Below, in pieces: positions 15,571 to 29,881 of a stretch of 64,000 nucleotides of DNA; positions within the stretch are counted from its first letter, which is position 1, and each line of letters starts with the position of its first letter. This stretch comes from Octopus vulgaris (lineage: Eukaryota): positions 27,962,001 to 28,026,000 of the forward strand of contig OX597824.1 of the NCBI GenBank assembly GCA_951406725.2, read 5' to 3'. A model generated the notes under the pieces. That model made no database searches, was not told the origin of the DNA, and worked only from the letters and a program-made list of their open reading frames with translations. A program made the position numbers and the translations under genes.

Positions 15571-16449
15571 ATGCCGGACATATACCAACAAATGTTGAAT
15601 ACAACAGCACAGGGAAACGGCGCATCTCCACATACGTGACTGACCTGAGAAACTATAAATTACTTATAGAATGTTAACTTTAAATTGCTTGCACCAACCA
15701 TATTTGTCATTTAGCTTCGTTTAATCAGACAGAAAGACAGCGAAGGAGAGAGAGAGAGAGACAGATGGAGCAATTTGGACTCACCAAATATCTCGCCTTA
15801 CTCTCTTTGATGAGCCATCTCTCTGAAAATGTAAAATACGAAAATAAAAGAGAAATATTCTGTTGTGTCTGGGGAGAGACATTTTCTTTTTGTGCCTTAT
15901 AATTTAACACACTCGTCGGTAAAATTTCCACGTATTCCTTATTTTTAAATTATAAGGCACAAAAAGAATATGCTGCAACACACGAACTCACATAAGGAAT
16001 CTTGCCAACCAAATCCAAAAACGAAATAAGAGAAATAAACAGACAGATAGACAGATAGAAGACATGTTTGATCTACCTCATATATATATGCTACATCAAT
16101 AGCCTCACAATATGGTAACGTAACATTATGTATGTGGGATATTGTGTTTGTAATTGTAGTGATACTGATAGTTGTCTCACTCGCTGGAAATAGTAAATAC
16201 TTCACCCCCAAAGCTCAGGTAACTTTCTTAAATGAATGATATATGGGTAATGGAATTTCGCATATACGTAAGATGGTACAGTTAAATCTATGACAAGTTT
16301 CTGCTGAGTACAATCGTTTCTTTCTGATCTACATTTAAACTATTCCCATCGATTCACCAAGAAAAAACAGTAAAATCATTGGAAAGCAAAGAATATCTAT
16401 CCAAAAGGGAGTTTTTCAACCCAGTAGTTTATATAAGATTCTATGACTG

Positions 16450-16940
16450 TTTACAATGAATGTTCTTCGAGAAGAATGCTGAGGAGAGCGTATCAAGTGG
16501 GCAGGCGATTTTGTTCGAATGCCTGACATTCAATTCCCCACGCGACTGTTTTACAGCAAAATGGTGGAAACCAATTTTATGCAGGGTGTACAGAAAAGCG
16601 CTTGTATGTCACAATCAGAGCCTCAGTGACGAGCTTTGAAATCAAACTCAACACATGGGAAACACAAAAGCAATCCCGCTCTGTTTGGCAAAGGCGCATC
16701 AACAGTGGTCTTACAGTGGCCATACCTCTTACGAACCAAAAAAGATTGCAGGGGCACAAAGTAAACACAAACTACGCGAGTTCAGAACCAACTCCTTGCC
16801 TTCAATCCCAACAGAATACCAGTGCCCTACCTGTGGCGGAGCCTTCCAAGTAGACAACAGCTTCAATGGCTGGGCAGAACGAGCCCCGCCTTCGCCCATG
16901 CGAAAACCTTGGTCATCGTCGAAAATGAAGGAAGCACTAA
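16450..16940 (+). mobile_element. RTE-clade LINE 3' fragment
   Basis: SFEIKLNTWETQKQSRSVW and YQCPTCGGAF (C-terminal zinc knuckle) followed by an RTE-like tail; frameshifted. Confidence 0.65.
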
Positions 16941-17474
16941 TACTAAAAAAAAAAAGGAAAGCAATCAGAAATTAGATTATCCATTGTTTCTTGATACTCG
17001 TTCCAACATATTCGGAATTTTCTTTCTGTATTTCGTTGCAATGTGCCTTTTTCAATATTTTTTTCTTTAGTTTCTGGTCAGAGCATTTGATCCGATTGGA
17101 AGTTTTTCTATCTTTCCAGAGTGTCTAAGCAATCTACATCCGATGTAGAGCTATTATTTTTGTCGGCTCCCAATTTATTAATACTTGAAAGTTAGATTTC
17201 ATATTTCATACCCTGAGATATTTTCATTCATAAATAATGAATTAATTTTCTGTCGTTGAAGATTAATCTCTCCACATTTGATGATTTTTTTTATTATTTT
17301 AGTCTAACGATATTTCCACCCAAAACATATAGCATTACAAATCGACAGAAATAAATTAGGCAATAACTAATATTGTAGGTTGGCATCTAACTCTCTAGAA
17401 ATATCAATCTAATTTCATTCTAATCCCAATCGACCGTCTGCAAAAAGACGGAAAATTATAGAAACTGACATATT

Positions 17475-18006
17475 GATTTCAAATTTTGGCACAAATCTAG
17501 CAACTTAGAGGAGGGGATAAGTTGTTCAACTCGTGCTTATTTTATCGACCCCGAAAGGATGAAAGGCAAAGTCGACCTTGGCGGGATTTGAACTTAGAAT
17601 GTAAAGACGGATAAAATACCTATTTCTTTACTGCCCACAAGGGGCTGACACAGAGAGGAGAAACAAGGACAGATAAACGGATTAAGTCGATTATATCGAC
17701 CCCAGTGCGTAACTGGTACTTAATTTATAGACCCCGAAAGAATGAAAGGTAAAGTCGACCTCCGCGGAATTTGAGCTCAGAACGTAGCGGCGGACGAAAT
17801 ACCTATTTCTTTACTATCAACAAGGAGCTAAACACAGAGAGGAGAAACAAGGACAGACAAACGGATTAAGTCGATTATATCGACCCCAGTGCGTAACTGG
17901 TACTTAATTTATCGACCCCTAAAGGATGAAAGGCAAAGTCGACCTCGGCGGAATTTGAACTCAGAACGTAACGGCAAGACGAAATATCGCTAAGCATTTC
18001 GCCCGG
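17475..18006 (-). mobile_element. Head-to-tail trimer of SINE D units (183-bp period) ending in an older tail
   Basis: Junctions GATAAAATAC|CTATTTCTTTA at 17619/17620 and GACGAAATAC|CTATTTCTTTA at 17802/17803. Confidence 0.85.
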
Positions 18007-18684
18007 TCAGGTCACCACATAAAATTGGACACTCTAATGCTCCACATAGCCTAATGCTTTTATAATTAGAGATAACTTTTCTTCTTGGTGACTGCTGTGA
18101 AATTTGCCTTAGAAGTTGTAATATGTAACAAACATATTTGAACTAAACTAAAATTCGTTTATTCTTTCATCATTACTTGCGTCTGATCCATTATATCTAT
18201 TCCGACCTTGCGGTCCGCGAGCGAAATACTGTTTTAAGACAAAGTTACGGCTTTAGAATACACACAAGTTTTCTTCCTTTGGTGTCTGTTACTGAGGAAG
18301 CTTTATTTGGCATCTGTTACTGGAAGTTCTCTAAGGAGTGTTATTGAACAGATATGGTGCTTTTAAATCTTTTAGCAAACGCGAGATATTTTCTCCACGG
18401 TGAGTTCTGTGAGCTTACCTTTAGAAGGAGAAATATATCATAAACAGTATATTAACTCATCTAAATTTTATACACTCACTCACTCACTTACACACACACA
18501 CATGCATATACACACATACGCGCTCACACACCAGTGTTGGTGTATTCAGAGGTCCCTGTGACCATGCGATGCAGCAAAACTGATTAAGAATAAGGCTTTA
18601 AAAACTAATATTTATTAGGGTCAGTTCGTTCGAGCAAAAATTCAAGACGGTGCTCAAGCATGGTTCCAGTCTAGCTTACGCACA

Positions 18685-18772
<88 letters not shown>

Positions 18773-18825
18773 AGACCGTTAGTCACTACACAGATTTTTT
18801 TCTCTCGTTGTTTTTTTTTATCTGT

Positions 18826-18864
18826 CCCTTTCTGTAGAAGAGCGTAGGCTCGAAACGTAAAAGG
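18826..18864 (+). ncRNA. Minimal type-I hammerhead-like motif in a short repeat (about 18770-18955) between (TA)n tracts
   Basis: CCTTT-CTGTAGA-A-GAGC-GTAG-GCTC-GAAA-CG-TA-AAAGG. Stems I and II pair; one core substitution. Confidence 0.6.
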
Positions 18865-19479
18865 CTTTTTTCTATTCCTGAGCGTTATACTAATACATCC
18901 GTTTGTTTTGTACACCACCTGTCTTCGTCTTTTGTGTTTTTCGTAAACTCTCCCTATATATATATATATATTATGACGGAGTTATTCCTCGTTGTTTCGA
19001 TTCACCGACGATTTATAATCAGTGTTGCTTCCTCGTGGTTTCTGGTAATAGTATGAGAGAGAATGAGGATGAGAATCGAACTCCGAACAACATGCTTGTG
19101 AACCAAGTACTTCTTCAACAAACAGCGATATTGATTCTACGGAGACATGTACGCCAACATCGTATCGATATTCCACTTAATACACTTACAGAACATTCTC
19201 GAATGACTAATATAAAGTTCAAGAAACAATTAGAGGCTGCTAAAATAAAATCAGGCTGTTGAATAGATCGGATATTTGTATGTGTCCGTTTTTATTGATG
19301 AAATTAAAGACTGAGCAATATTTTCAATCGCAGGAACATTATCGTTTCTTACTAGACATTAAATTATTCGCAGATAATAGTCATCATACAAAGGTAAGAT
19401 AATTTCCATGACAAGTTTATGTACTATTAACACACGCCATGTACTTTGAGATATTAGTACACATATCATAAGCCCATTC

Positions 19480-19822
19480 GTGGCTGTGTGGTAAGAATTT
19501 TGATTCCAAACCACATTTTCCATGTTCGGTTCCACTGTGTAGCACCTTGGGCAGATGTCTCCTATAGCTATAGCCTCGAACCGACCGAAGCCTTGTGAAC
19601 GGATTTCATAGACGCAAACTGAAAGAAGGTCGAGGGATATGTGTGTCTCCCACCACCGTTTGACAAGCGATGTTGGTGTGTTTACGTCCACGTAACATAG
19701 CAGTTCGTCAACGGAACCGATAGAATAAATGCCAAGCTTAAAAGATAATTGGGGGATCGGGTCATTCGACTAAAAATTCTTCAGAGTGATTCCCAGGTAT
19801 GACTGCAGTCTAACTCATACCA
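19480..19822 (+). mobile_element. Degenerate SINE family A
   Basis: GTGGCTGTGTGGTAAG head; CCTTGGGCAGATGTCTCCTATAGC; GATGTTGGTGTGTTTACGTCC. Confidence 0.75.
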
Positions 19823-19942
19823 GTAATTATTGTTTAATATTTCGGCGAAGGCGTATATCGAACGCGTCGCCTCGAATGCTACACTAGTATAATTTTATCT
19901 ACCTGACAACGTATTCTGAGGACGTAAGCAGCCGGTATAAAT

Positions 19943-20140
19943 GGCGGCGAGCTGGCAGAAGCGTCTGCCGTTACGTTCTGAGTTCAAATTCCACCGAGGT
20001 CGACTTTGCCTTTCATCCTTTCGGGGTCGATAAATTAAGCACCAGTTACGCACTGGGGCCGTTGTAATCGACTTAATACCTATGTCTGTCCTTGTTTGTC
20101 CCCTCTATGTTTAGTCCCTTGTGGGTAATAAAGAAAAAGG
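19943..20140 (+). mobile_element. SINE family D with internal deletion and TSD
   Basis: GGCGGCGAGCTGGCAGAA...; GGTATAAATGG at 19934-19944 and 20139-20149. Confidence 0.85.
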
Positions 20141-20744
20141 TATAAATGGTGTTAAGCGTCTTGTCCTACTTGTTATGTGTGTGTGTGTTTTTTGTGTGTG
20201 TGTGTTCACACATGCGCAAAAGATTCATACATTCATTCATACATACAAACATACATGTATTCACACATACATGTATACATACATACACACTTACATAACG
20301 TGAAAAGTTACCTACACAGATGCAAATGCCATGGGTACACGTAGTTTTTCCGAATTTAATTCTATTGAAAATGTTTTTAGAGCATTACATATTGAGATTA
20401 AACTTATCTCATTTTGCTATCTTTACTATTCAATGCAGATAAAACATCATACCACAGCGTATTCTTTTACATCTACTCATACGCCATTACGTAACTTATT
20501 TTCTTCCTCGTTCCTTCTTCTCTTCTCTGTCTGCCTTTCTGATTAAACTGAGCTAAATGACAAATATGATTGGTGCAAACAGTTTAAAGGGTATAAATCT
20601 ATCGTATAGCCATTGTACGACACCGTAGCGCCAGTTCACATTGATGGTTGCTCGATATTCCGAGTTAAGCCCTGTTTGTTGTGTTCCCTTCACTGGAGAT
20701 TTGGCAGTATTAAAGTCTCGTGTATGTCGACCTCATGCCACGTG

Positions 20745-21322
20745 GTCATATCAGATGAGGAGATATCTCGTGACGATGGGGAATGACAGGAACTTGACTC
20801 GGCTGTGGATAACTAAAGATGGCTGTGGATGACTAAAAGTGATTTAAAACCGGAAACGGAAGCTCTAATCTGTGTTGCCCAAGATCAAGCACTAACAACA
20901 AATTACAAAAAATACAGAATAGACAACACATCAGAAAGTAATAAGTGCAGAATTTATGGACAAAATGGTGAAACCGTATGGCATATTACCAGTCAATATA
21001 CGCCACTAGCCCAGAAGGAATATAAGAGACGCCACGACAATATAGCAAGACTTGTCCATTGGACACTTTGCAACAAGTATGGACTTGACAGAGAAAAAGA
21101 AAATTGGTACGACCACATACCCGAAGGCATCATCGAAAATGGTAATGCGAAGATCCCGAGGGATTTTATGATTAAGTGCGACCATGAGATAGAGAATAGG
21201 AAGCCAGACATAGTCTTAATTGAGAAAAAAAGCAAACTATGCTGGATCATAGATATAGCATGCCCAGCTGACAACAAGGTATGCCATAAGGAAGAAAGAA
21301 AAGTCGATAGATATGACAGGTT
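20745..21322 (+). mobile_element. R4/Dong-like LINE: CCHC knuckle and restriction-like endonuclease
   Basis: ORF 20829-21341 reads ETEALICVAQDQAL...KCRIYGQNGETVWHI...YKRRHDNIA...RKPDIV...IIDIACP (RHD and PD..D motifs of RLE LINEs). Confidence 0.9.
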
Positions 21323-21799
<477 letters not shown>

Positions 21800-21804
21800 T
21801 TAAA

Positions 21805-22110
21805 CGTTGTGAGTGTTTATTAAGCGAAAACACCTAAAGCTCCACGAGGCTCCGGCAGGGATGGTGGTGATCCCTGCTGTACTCTTTCACCACAACTTTT
21901 TCTCACTCTTACTTCCTGTTTCTGTTGTACCTGTATTTCAAGGAGCCGGCCTTGTCACTCTCTGTGTCATGCTGAATAACCCCGAGAACTACGTTAAGGG
22001 TGCACGTGTCTGTGGAGTGCTCAGCCACATACACGTTAATTTCACGAGCAGGCTGTTCCGTTGATTCGGATCAACCGGAACCCTCATCGTCGTAACCGAC
22101 GGAGTGCTTC
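21805..22110 (+). mobile_element. 5'-truncated SINE: family C body plus tail X
   Basis: CGTTGTGAGTGTTTATTAAGCGAAAACACC... followed by the tail shared with 23300-23478. Confidence 0.8.
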
Positions 22111-22389
22111 CACATATAGGCATGATTCATAGTTAGATTGGAGTTTTTAAGCAGTTTATGCAGCTTTAACTATATGTTGAGAGAAAATATTACATTGCGA
22201 ATTAGAATGCGAAAAATAAAGTTAAGATTAACTCTGTGGAGATTGAGAAAAGACACCAACCAATTCTTAACTGTGTAGTGAAACATCTCATCCTAGATTA
22301 CCTTCCATCAGTTTTACATCGTAAATGTAATCATACTTTGTCACTGCCCGTTTCCTTCTTTTTGAAGTGTGTCTGGTTATGTATGTATA

Positions 22390-22793
22390 TTACTCTTTTA
22401 CTATTTTACTTGTTTCAGTCATTTGACTGTGGCCATGCTGGAGCACCACCTTTTTAGTCGAGCAAATCGACCCCAGGACTTATTCTTTGTAAGCCTAGTA
22501 CATATTCCGTCGATCGCTTATGCCGAACCGCTAAGTTACGGGGACGTAAACACACCACCATCGGTTGACAAGCGATGTTGGGGGGACAAACACAGACACA
22601 CAAACATGTACACACACACATATATATATATATAACGGGCTTCTTTCGGTTTCCGTCCACCAAATCCACTCACAAGGCTGTGGTCGGCCCGAGGCTATAG
22701 TAGAAGACACTCGCCCAAGGTGCCACGCAGTGGGACTGAACGTGGAACCATGTTGTTCGTCAGCAAGCTATTTACCACACAGCCACTCCTACG

Positions 22794-22796
<3 letters not shown>
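22390..22796 (-). mobile_element. SINE family A
   Basis: Full-length match to 52-508. Confidence 0.9.
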
Positions 22797-22878
<82 letters not shown>

Positions 22879-22998
22879 AAAATAGGATAAATCTTTCTAA
22901 TATTTAGAAATTTTAAGAAGGGACAAAATCTTTATAAGTAATTAGCGTGAGAAGCGTGAGTCATTTATGTATAGTAATTCTCTTAATATAAAATATAC

Positions 22999-23052
<54 letters not shown>

Positions 23053-23158
23053 ATGTGTGTGTGTGTGTATGTTTGTGTGAGTGTATAAAATATAAAATAT
23101 ACATATATATATATTTATGAGTGTGTGTGTGCGTGTGTATATATATTTATATATAAGT

Positions 23159-23478
23159 GAGGGCGCGTGGCTTAGTGGTTAGGGCATTCGGCTCATGATC
23201 GTAAGGTTGTGAGTTCGATTCCCGGCGACGCGTTGTGTCCTTGAGCAAGACACTTTATTTCACGTTGCTCCAGTCCGCTCAGCTGGCAAAAATGAGTTGT
23301 ACTTGTATTTCAAAGGGTCAGCCTTGTCACTCTCTGTGTCACGCTGATTATCCCCAAGAACTACGTTAAGGGTACACGTGTCTGTGGAATGCTCAGCCAT
23401 TTGCACGTGAATTTCACGAGCAAGCTGTTCCGTTGATCGTATCAGCTGGGACCCTCGTCGTCGTAACCGGCGGAGTCT
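23159..23478 (+). mobile_element. SINE: family B head and CORE-like domain plus tail X
   Basis: GGGCGCGTGGCTTAGTGGTTAGG...GAGTTCGATTCCC...GTTGTGTCCTTGAGCAAGACACTT; tail as at 21930-22110. Confidence 0.85.
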
Positions 23479-24224
23479 TTTATTTATATATATATATATG
23501 CATATGTGTGTGTGTGTGTATGTGTGTGTGTAAGTGCGCGTGTGTCTATAATTCTATTTTCTAGGTATCTTTCTAAATAAACATATACAAACATATATAA
23601 ACTCACCCAAATATAAAAATATATTTTACACAAATACACACATATACACGCACACACAAAAACATTGATATTCCTCCTTTTACACTCACACACATATACT
23701 CACACAGAGTTGAAGTGTTGTTTGATTTTTGTTTCACCGTTGAGATTTCACCATCTCACTTCCATCGTTGGATCACCCCTTTCTTTCCCATTCATATATT
23801 GCCACTGAGAAATACACAAGGTATTATTACAGTAGATTATTATAGTAGAAGATACACGACGCTCGCTTTGTCATTTCCTCTCTGTGTGTCTCATTGCTGT
23901 TACTTTCTGTTACGCCCTCTGAGTCATGGCTATTACTCTCATTTCTTCAAGGAGTTAGTATTTTCTCTCCTGTCCCTTCACCATTCACACCTACTGCGTG
24001 ATTTTGGACACTCCATCGAATAACACCGTTTAAAAGAACCTATGCTTGGAGTGACCAATTATAAACACCATTGTAACTCATACACAAGGTACAGGAAACA
24101 TATATATATACACCATTCTGCTTAAATAAAGGAACTTGAGTGAATGGGAACAATTAAGGACATCTCCAGTTCCAAAGTGGGAGCTCAATATTAGCTTTAA
24201 CACGAGGAACAATATCATCTATTA

Positions 24225-24643
24225 TACTCTTTTACTCTTTACTCTTTTACTTGTTTCAGTCATTTGACTGCGGCCACGCTGGAGCACCGCCTTTAGTCGA
24301 GCAAATCGACCCCGGGACTTATTCTTTGTAAGCCCAGTACTTATTCTATCGGTCTCTTTTGCCGAACCGCTAAGTTACGGGGACGTAAACACACCAGCAT
24401 CGGTTGTCAAGCAATGCTGGGGCGACAAACACAGACACACAAACATATACACATACACTTATACATATATACATATATACGACAGGCTTCTTTCAGTTTC
24501 CGTCTACCAAATCCACTCACAAAGCATTGGTCGGCTCGGGGCTATAGCAGAAGACACTTGCCCAAGATGCCACACAGTGGAACTGAACCCGGAACCATGT
24601 GGTTGGTTAGCAAGCTACTTATCACACAGCCACTCCTGCGCCT
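24225..24643 (-). mobile_element. SINE family A
   Basis: Full-length match to 52-508. Confidence 0.9.
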
Positions 24644-24978
24644 ATACATTTACTGATTTTGCCTAAATCAGTCGACTGGAGGATTTGAAGAGAGGAGATT
24701 AGGCTTGTCTTTCCGGATAAAATGAGGAGTTTTGTGTTCATAGTGTTCAGTTGTTTAATAATTTCAAATCTGCGATTAGCTTATGATTTGTATTATTAAT
24801 ATCATTGAGTGCATTTCTATGCGCATGCTTATAATTAGTGTTTAGCTCATTTAATATTAAATTGCTGTATGTTTCGAAAGGTAAGGAATCGTTTCTTCAC
24901 GTCTTCTGTCTATCTGTAGCGGCCTATCGAGTAACGTGTATATGATTATAATGAAAAATATTTTATACGATATATAAA

Positions 24979-25017
<39 letters not shown>

Positions 25018-25110
25018 TGAGAGAGAGAGACAGAGAAAGACAGAGATTGGGAGAGAGAAAGAGTGAGAGAGCGGGACACAGATAGATAATAGATAGACAG
25101 ATATGATATA

Positions 25111-25155
<45 letters not shown>

Positions 25156-25809
25156 AACTATAAATTAAACAGAGAGATACAATTGACAATCAAATAATTT
25201 ACGTGGTATTCAACTGACGTACTGTGAATTGGATGTTTTGTACACCCCTCTGAAGGAATTCCTTTCCTTAGCCTGTTACTTCATATATATATATATATAT
25301 ATGAGTGTTTGAGTATGTGTATGCGTAAATCTATGTACGTATATGAAGTGTATTTAAGAAATATATTGAATGAGACAAACAACAGACAACACAACAGAGT
25401 TTAAAAAAAGATCAGGGGAGCGTTGTGCAGACACGGAGAGATTTAGTGCTATTGATTTTATAAGATAAATATAGTGAGAGAATGACTAAGCGATTAAGCG
25501 AAGTATTGTAACCGTGGAGGTAATACGGATGTCGGTCTCTTAGGAAAAGAAACCATATTGAAAAACAGATTTAGAGATTTTAGACAAATAAAAGCGAGAA
25601 TGAAAGCGTATCTGCGCGTGCGCAAACTTACAAACACACACACACTTCTATTTACTTGTGTTTGTGTCTGCATGTGTATGTGTGAGTGTGTGTATATGTA
25701 TGCATGCATCTTGGTGTACATATATTTACGTACCTGCAATGCATCCTGGCGTTGCTCGTTTCTTGGGATCTACAGCCACCTTGTATTATTTGCTTCTTTC
25801 TTATGAGCA

Positions 25810-26769
25810 AATAAGGAGTGTGAAGTAAACAACTCTTGTTTATAAACATGTTTTTCCGTCATTTTCCTGGTAGCTGTCATAACTATTGATGTAACCAAAG
25901 TTCGTGCCAGTTGCTCTCGTATTTTCCATATGTATATCACCATATATCTATCCTGCCTTTTCTGTAGGAAATAGAGTTGTAATTCATTTACTCTCTCCGA
26001 GATGCTCAAGCCTTTTATTGATGCAATCTCCTTTGTGTAGGATCGCTGAACTCCCTGACGTTGCGCTATTATATTGACACTGTACGATCGATCACCAGAA
26101 TTGAGAGTAATGGCCTCTCAATGCAGCCGAGAACAAATTTTCTCCATAAGACAAGCATTGGATTCCTGTCCCTAGTTTTGAAAGTTCTCAGAATCCATCC
26201 GGGAATTCGCCTTCACATTACCACGATCTTGAGGACATCTGCATGAAACGATGTATGGTTGCTCATAACAATCCCCAGATCACGCACAATATGTGACTCC
26301 AGGATTGCCGCTCCTTTTGCTCCAGGTTACTTTTGTTGTGGCGTGTTAGCACAAATTAGTTGCTAGCAGAGGTCTTGGAATTTTCTTACGTTAAATGGCA
26401 TTTTGTTTTCTTCCACCTATTTGTATAAGTTATCAAGATATTTCTGTAAAAGTTGAGCTTGCGCTACTGTTGTGCCGTCGACGTAGCTAGTAACAGTGGT
26501 TAACTGAATAATTGATGGCATGTCTAAGAGAGCCATTACAAATAGCGACGGCCCGAAGAGAAGTTCCTTAAGGCACACTATTCGATAGTAATTTATACTT
26601 CCAAAGGGATCCATTGGTTGCTGCAACCGGGCTTCTGTGTTTTTAAAAGTATCCCAGTTTCCGAACTACACTGAGTATCCGTACCTTGAGATATATCTTC
26701 CTGTGTCCAACCATCTCAAATGCCTTTGCAAAATCGAGACATACTATATGTACGTTTGAGTGATATTCG

Positions 26770-26770
<1 letters not shown>
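25810..26770 (-). mobile_element. CR1/L2-like LINE reverse-transcriptase fragment, degenerate
   Basis: CLDFAKAFEMVGH, GPSLFVMALLDMP...SYVDGT (YADD-equivalent) and LYFLQKRQDRYMVIYIWKI. Confidence 0.8.
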
Positions 26771-26801
<31 letters not shown>

Positions 26802-26835
26802 TGTATGTATGTACGTAGGTACGTGCGTACGTATG

Positions 26836-26929
<94 letters not shown>

Positions 26930-27499
26930 TTAAAACAAATATTTTAAATTCTGAGTTACCGAGTGTTTCGCATCCACCAGAGCCAAAGCCTTGTGGAGCA
27001 GGAGAAGAGTGGTGGCTGGGAGGAAGTAGGTGTGAGTGGGAGAGGGGCGAGGTGAGGAGGTTAGATGAAGAGGGGAGGAGAGTTGAGCCCATGCGACGCA
27101 AAGGAGCGAAGAGAGAAGATTAATTCCTGTTCACGGCGTGAACGGGAGTCCGGATGATCCCGCTGCAAGGACAATCCAAACACGGACAAGTGTTGCAAGA
27201 GTGACCAGTAGAGCGGAAATGGCGCGAGACCGGAGTGTCATTGCCGTGTCGGATGTCTCAGGGGTGTTCCTCAAACCGGTCAGGCAAGCGGCGTCCCGTT
27301 TCTCCGATGTATAGAGAAGGTCACAGAAAGCAGTAGATGCAGTAGATGTCATTGGTAGAAGTACAGATGAAGGAGTCGGTGATGTGATAGGGTTTGTGTG
27401 TTCGTAGTGAATGGACGTGGTGAGAATGGAGTGATGACTGCTATATATATATCACGTAAACTTCAAGGCTAACAAATGTTACGCATTCATGGTCACAAC

Positions 27500-27690
27500 G
27501 GATTTTACATTCGAATGATGCCATCCCGCTGTCTAGGAAAGCAGACCAACATTTCTCTCTGATCAAAGGGGACTGGAGCAATGTGAAATGAAATCTTTGG
27601 CTCCCTCAAGAGAACAGCGGGCCGCCGAATCATGGAATCGAATCTGCGATCAAGCGATCGTCTGTGCAACAGCCTAACAACTAGGTCATA
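27500..27690 (-). mobile_element. Degenerate SINE family B
   Basis: GGACTGGAGCAATGTGAAATGAA...CTCAAGAGAACA...GGAATCGAATC matches the reverse complement of family B. Confidence 0.6.
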
Positions 27691-27719
27691 TGAATTCATC
27701 ATATATATATACATACATA

Positions 27720-27770
<51 letters not shown>

Positions 27771-27787
27771 ATACATATATATGTATG

Positions 27788-27820
<33 letters not shown>

Positions 27821-28326
27821 GTATGTATGTATATATATATATGTATGCATATATATATTAATATATATATATGTATATACATACGTAACTACACACAAAC
27901 ATACATACACACATTACTGTATGTATGCTATAATTCATATTTACTGGTGAGCATACGATCTGATTCAGTGTAGAAAAGATAAAAAAGCACAATAAATGTT
28001 AAATACCTGAGATAAAGCAGTGATTGTCAGTCGATTCGATCTCCTTATATTCACTTCTCTCGAGACGTAGATCAAAGGTAAGGTTTTTTTGTTGTTCTTA
28101 ATTTCCCAGCAGATCAGAAAGGGACAGGAAGTGCAAGACTGCTCATGTGACAACCACGTAATCTGCGTAATGATCTTCATCTTATCAATACAATCAAATA
28201 ATATATTTCGCACTCCACGTGATCTGTAATATAAATGTGTGCGCGTGTGCATGGGTGTGCGTGTATCATATGTGTATGTTTATATTTATGCGCGCATATA
28301 CATTCACATCTAAGTGCGTATTTATG

Positions 28327-28370
<44 letters not shown>

Positions 28371-28445
28371 CACGTACAGAGAGACAGAGAGGGAGAGAGA
28401 GAGAGAGAGAAATGTATGTATATGTGTACGCACGCATACAAATAC

Positions 28446-28480
<35 letters not shown>

Positions 28481-29059
28481 GAGTTAGATAGATAGATAGA
28501 AAGATAGATAGATAGATAGATATAGAGAGAGAGAATGAGAGAGAGAGAGAGATAGACATATAGATAGATATACATATATATACGCATATATATCTATGTA
28601 TATATTCCCGGATATATTTATGCATGTTTACATATAGGCACTGATATATCTATATATATTATACATTATATATTATATACATATATGAGTGTGTGTATAT
28701 GTTTGTGTATCTCTATGAATATGCATGATTTTTATATGGGACTTAATTCCCAAGTACTTTATTGTGTTACTTGTACTTATATTTCATCTCATATTATAAC
28801 CTATTCCTTTTGCATTTTGCAAGCCCTTTTAATAATCGATTTCCCAAAGAAAATTTTTTACACATAATAAATGTACAAGGATATATTTCCGCAACTTCAT
28901 TTTTAACTATTCGAGCTTGTTTGTATTTTGATATTTTCTTTATGACTCTTTTCTCTAAATTTATATATGCAGTAACCTTGATCTTGGGGTGAAGTACTTT
29001 GTATGTATGTGTGTGTGTGTGCGTGTGTGGGTATGTATGTATGTATGTATGTATGTATG

Positions 29060-29124
<65 letters not shown>

Positions 29125-29165
29125 TAATAATAATAAATATTAGGGAATAAATCCAAATTTACATA

Positions 29166-29197
<32 letters not shown>

Positions 29198-29216
29198 CAT
29201 ACAGATATATATATAC

Positions 29217-29268
<52 letters not shown>

Positions 29269-29810
29269 CAATACAGTAATCCGTCGACTATCTCGAGTGT
29301 TACGTTCCAAAAGCTCCCATAAAAATAATGAAAAAATTATAATTACCTGTCGGCTGTAGAAACCTTTGATATACGGGGGAGATCGAGACATAAACTTACA
29401 TATATTAGCCTGAAAAATCCGCGATATATTGTATGCGCGATAGATGAACCGCGATAGGTGAACCACGATATGTATACAATTTCACTTTATGCTTCCGTCT
29501 ATAGATATGTCAGACCCTCTTGATAGAACGACAGTCATGTTGGCAAGATAGTATTTACTATTGTATAAATTCACCGCCGACGTGGACTTTGCCTTTCATC
29601 CCATCGGGTATATAAAATAAGTACCAGTTATACTTTGGGGTCGAGATAATCAAATTGTCCGGTCCCTAAAATTTGCAGGGCTGTACCAAAATTCCAAATC
29701 ATTATTGCATATATTCACGTGTCTTTCTTTCTTTATATGTATGTATGCACGTATGTATGAATGTACGTACGTACGTACGTATGTATGTATGTATATATAT
29801 ATGCATCTGC

Positions 29811-29881
<71 letters not shown>

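Noticed and set aside
17620-18006. CRISPR-like or retrozyme array
   Set aside because: Units are SINE copies with no spacers. GACGAAATAC resembles a hammerhead half but has no CTGANGA partner.
19840-19930. Hammerhead-like GAACGCGTC and CTGAGGA
   Set aside because: Core parts are incomplete and in the wrong order; hairpin plus CTAG fits a Helitron 3' end equally well.
23159-23230. tRNA genes at SINE heads (also 1459, 34657, 43124)
   Set aside because: A/B boxes are present but the cloverleaf is incomplete and runs into SINE bodies.
26950-27420. GC-richer segment with ORFs 26643-27101 and 27131-27352
   Set aside because: Low-complexity Ser/Thr/Pro translation, probably a TE remnant; cannot be assigned.
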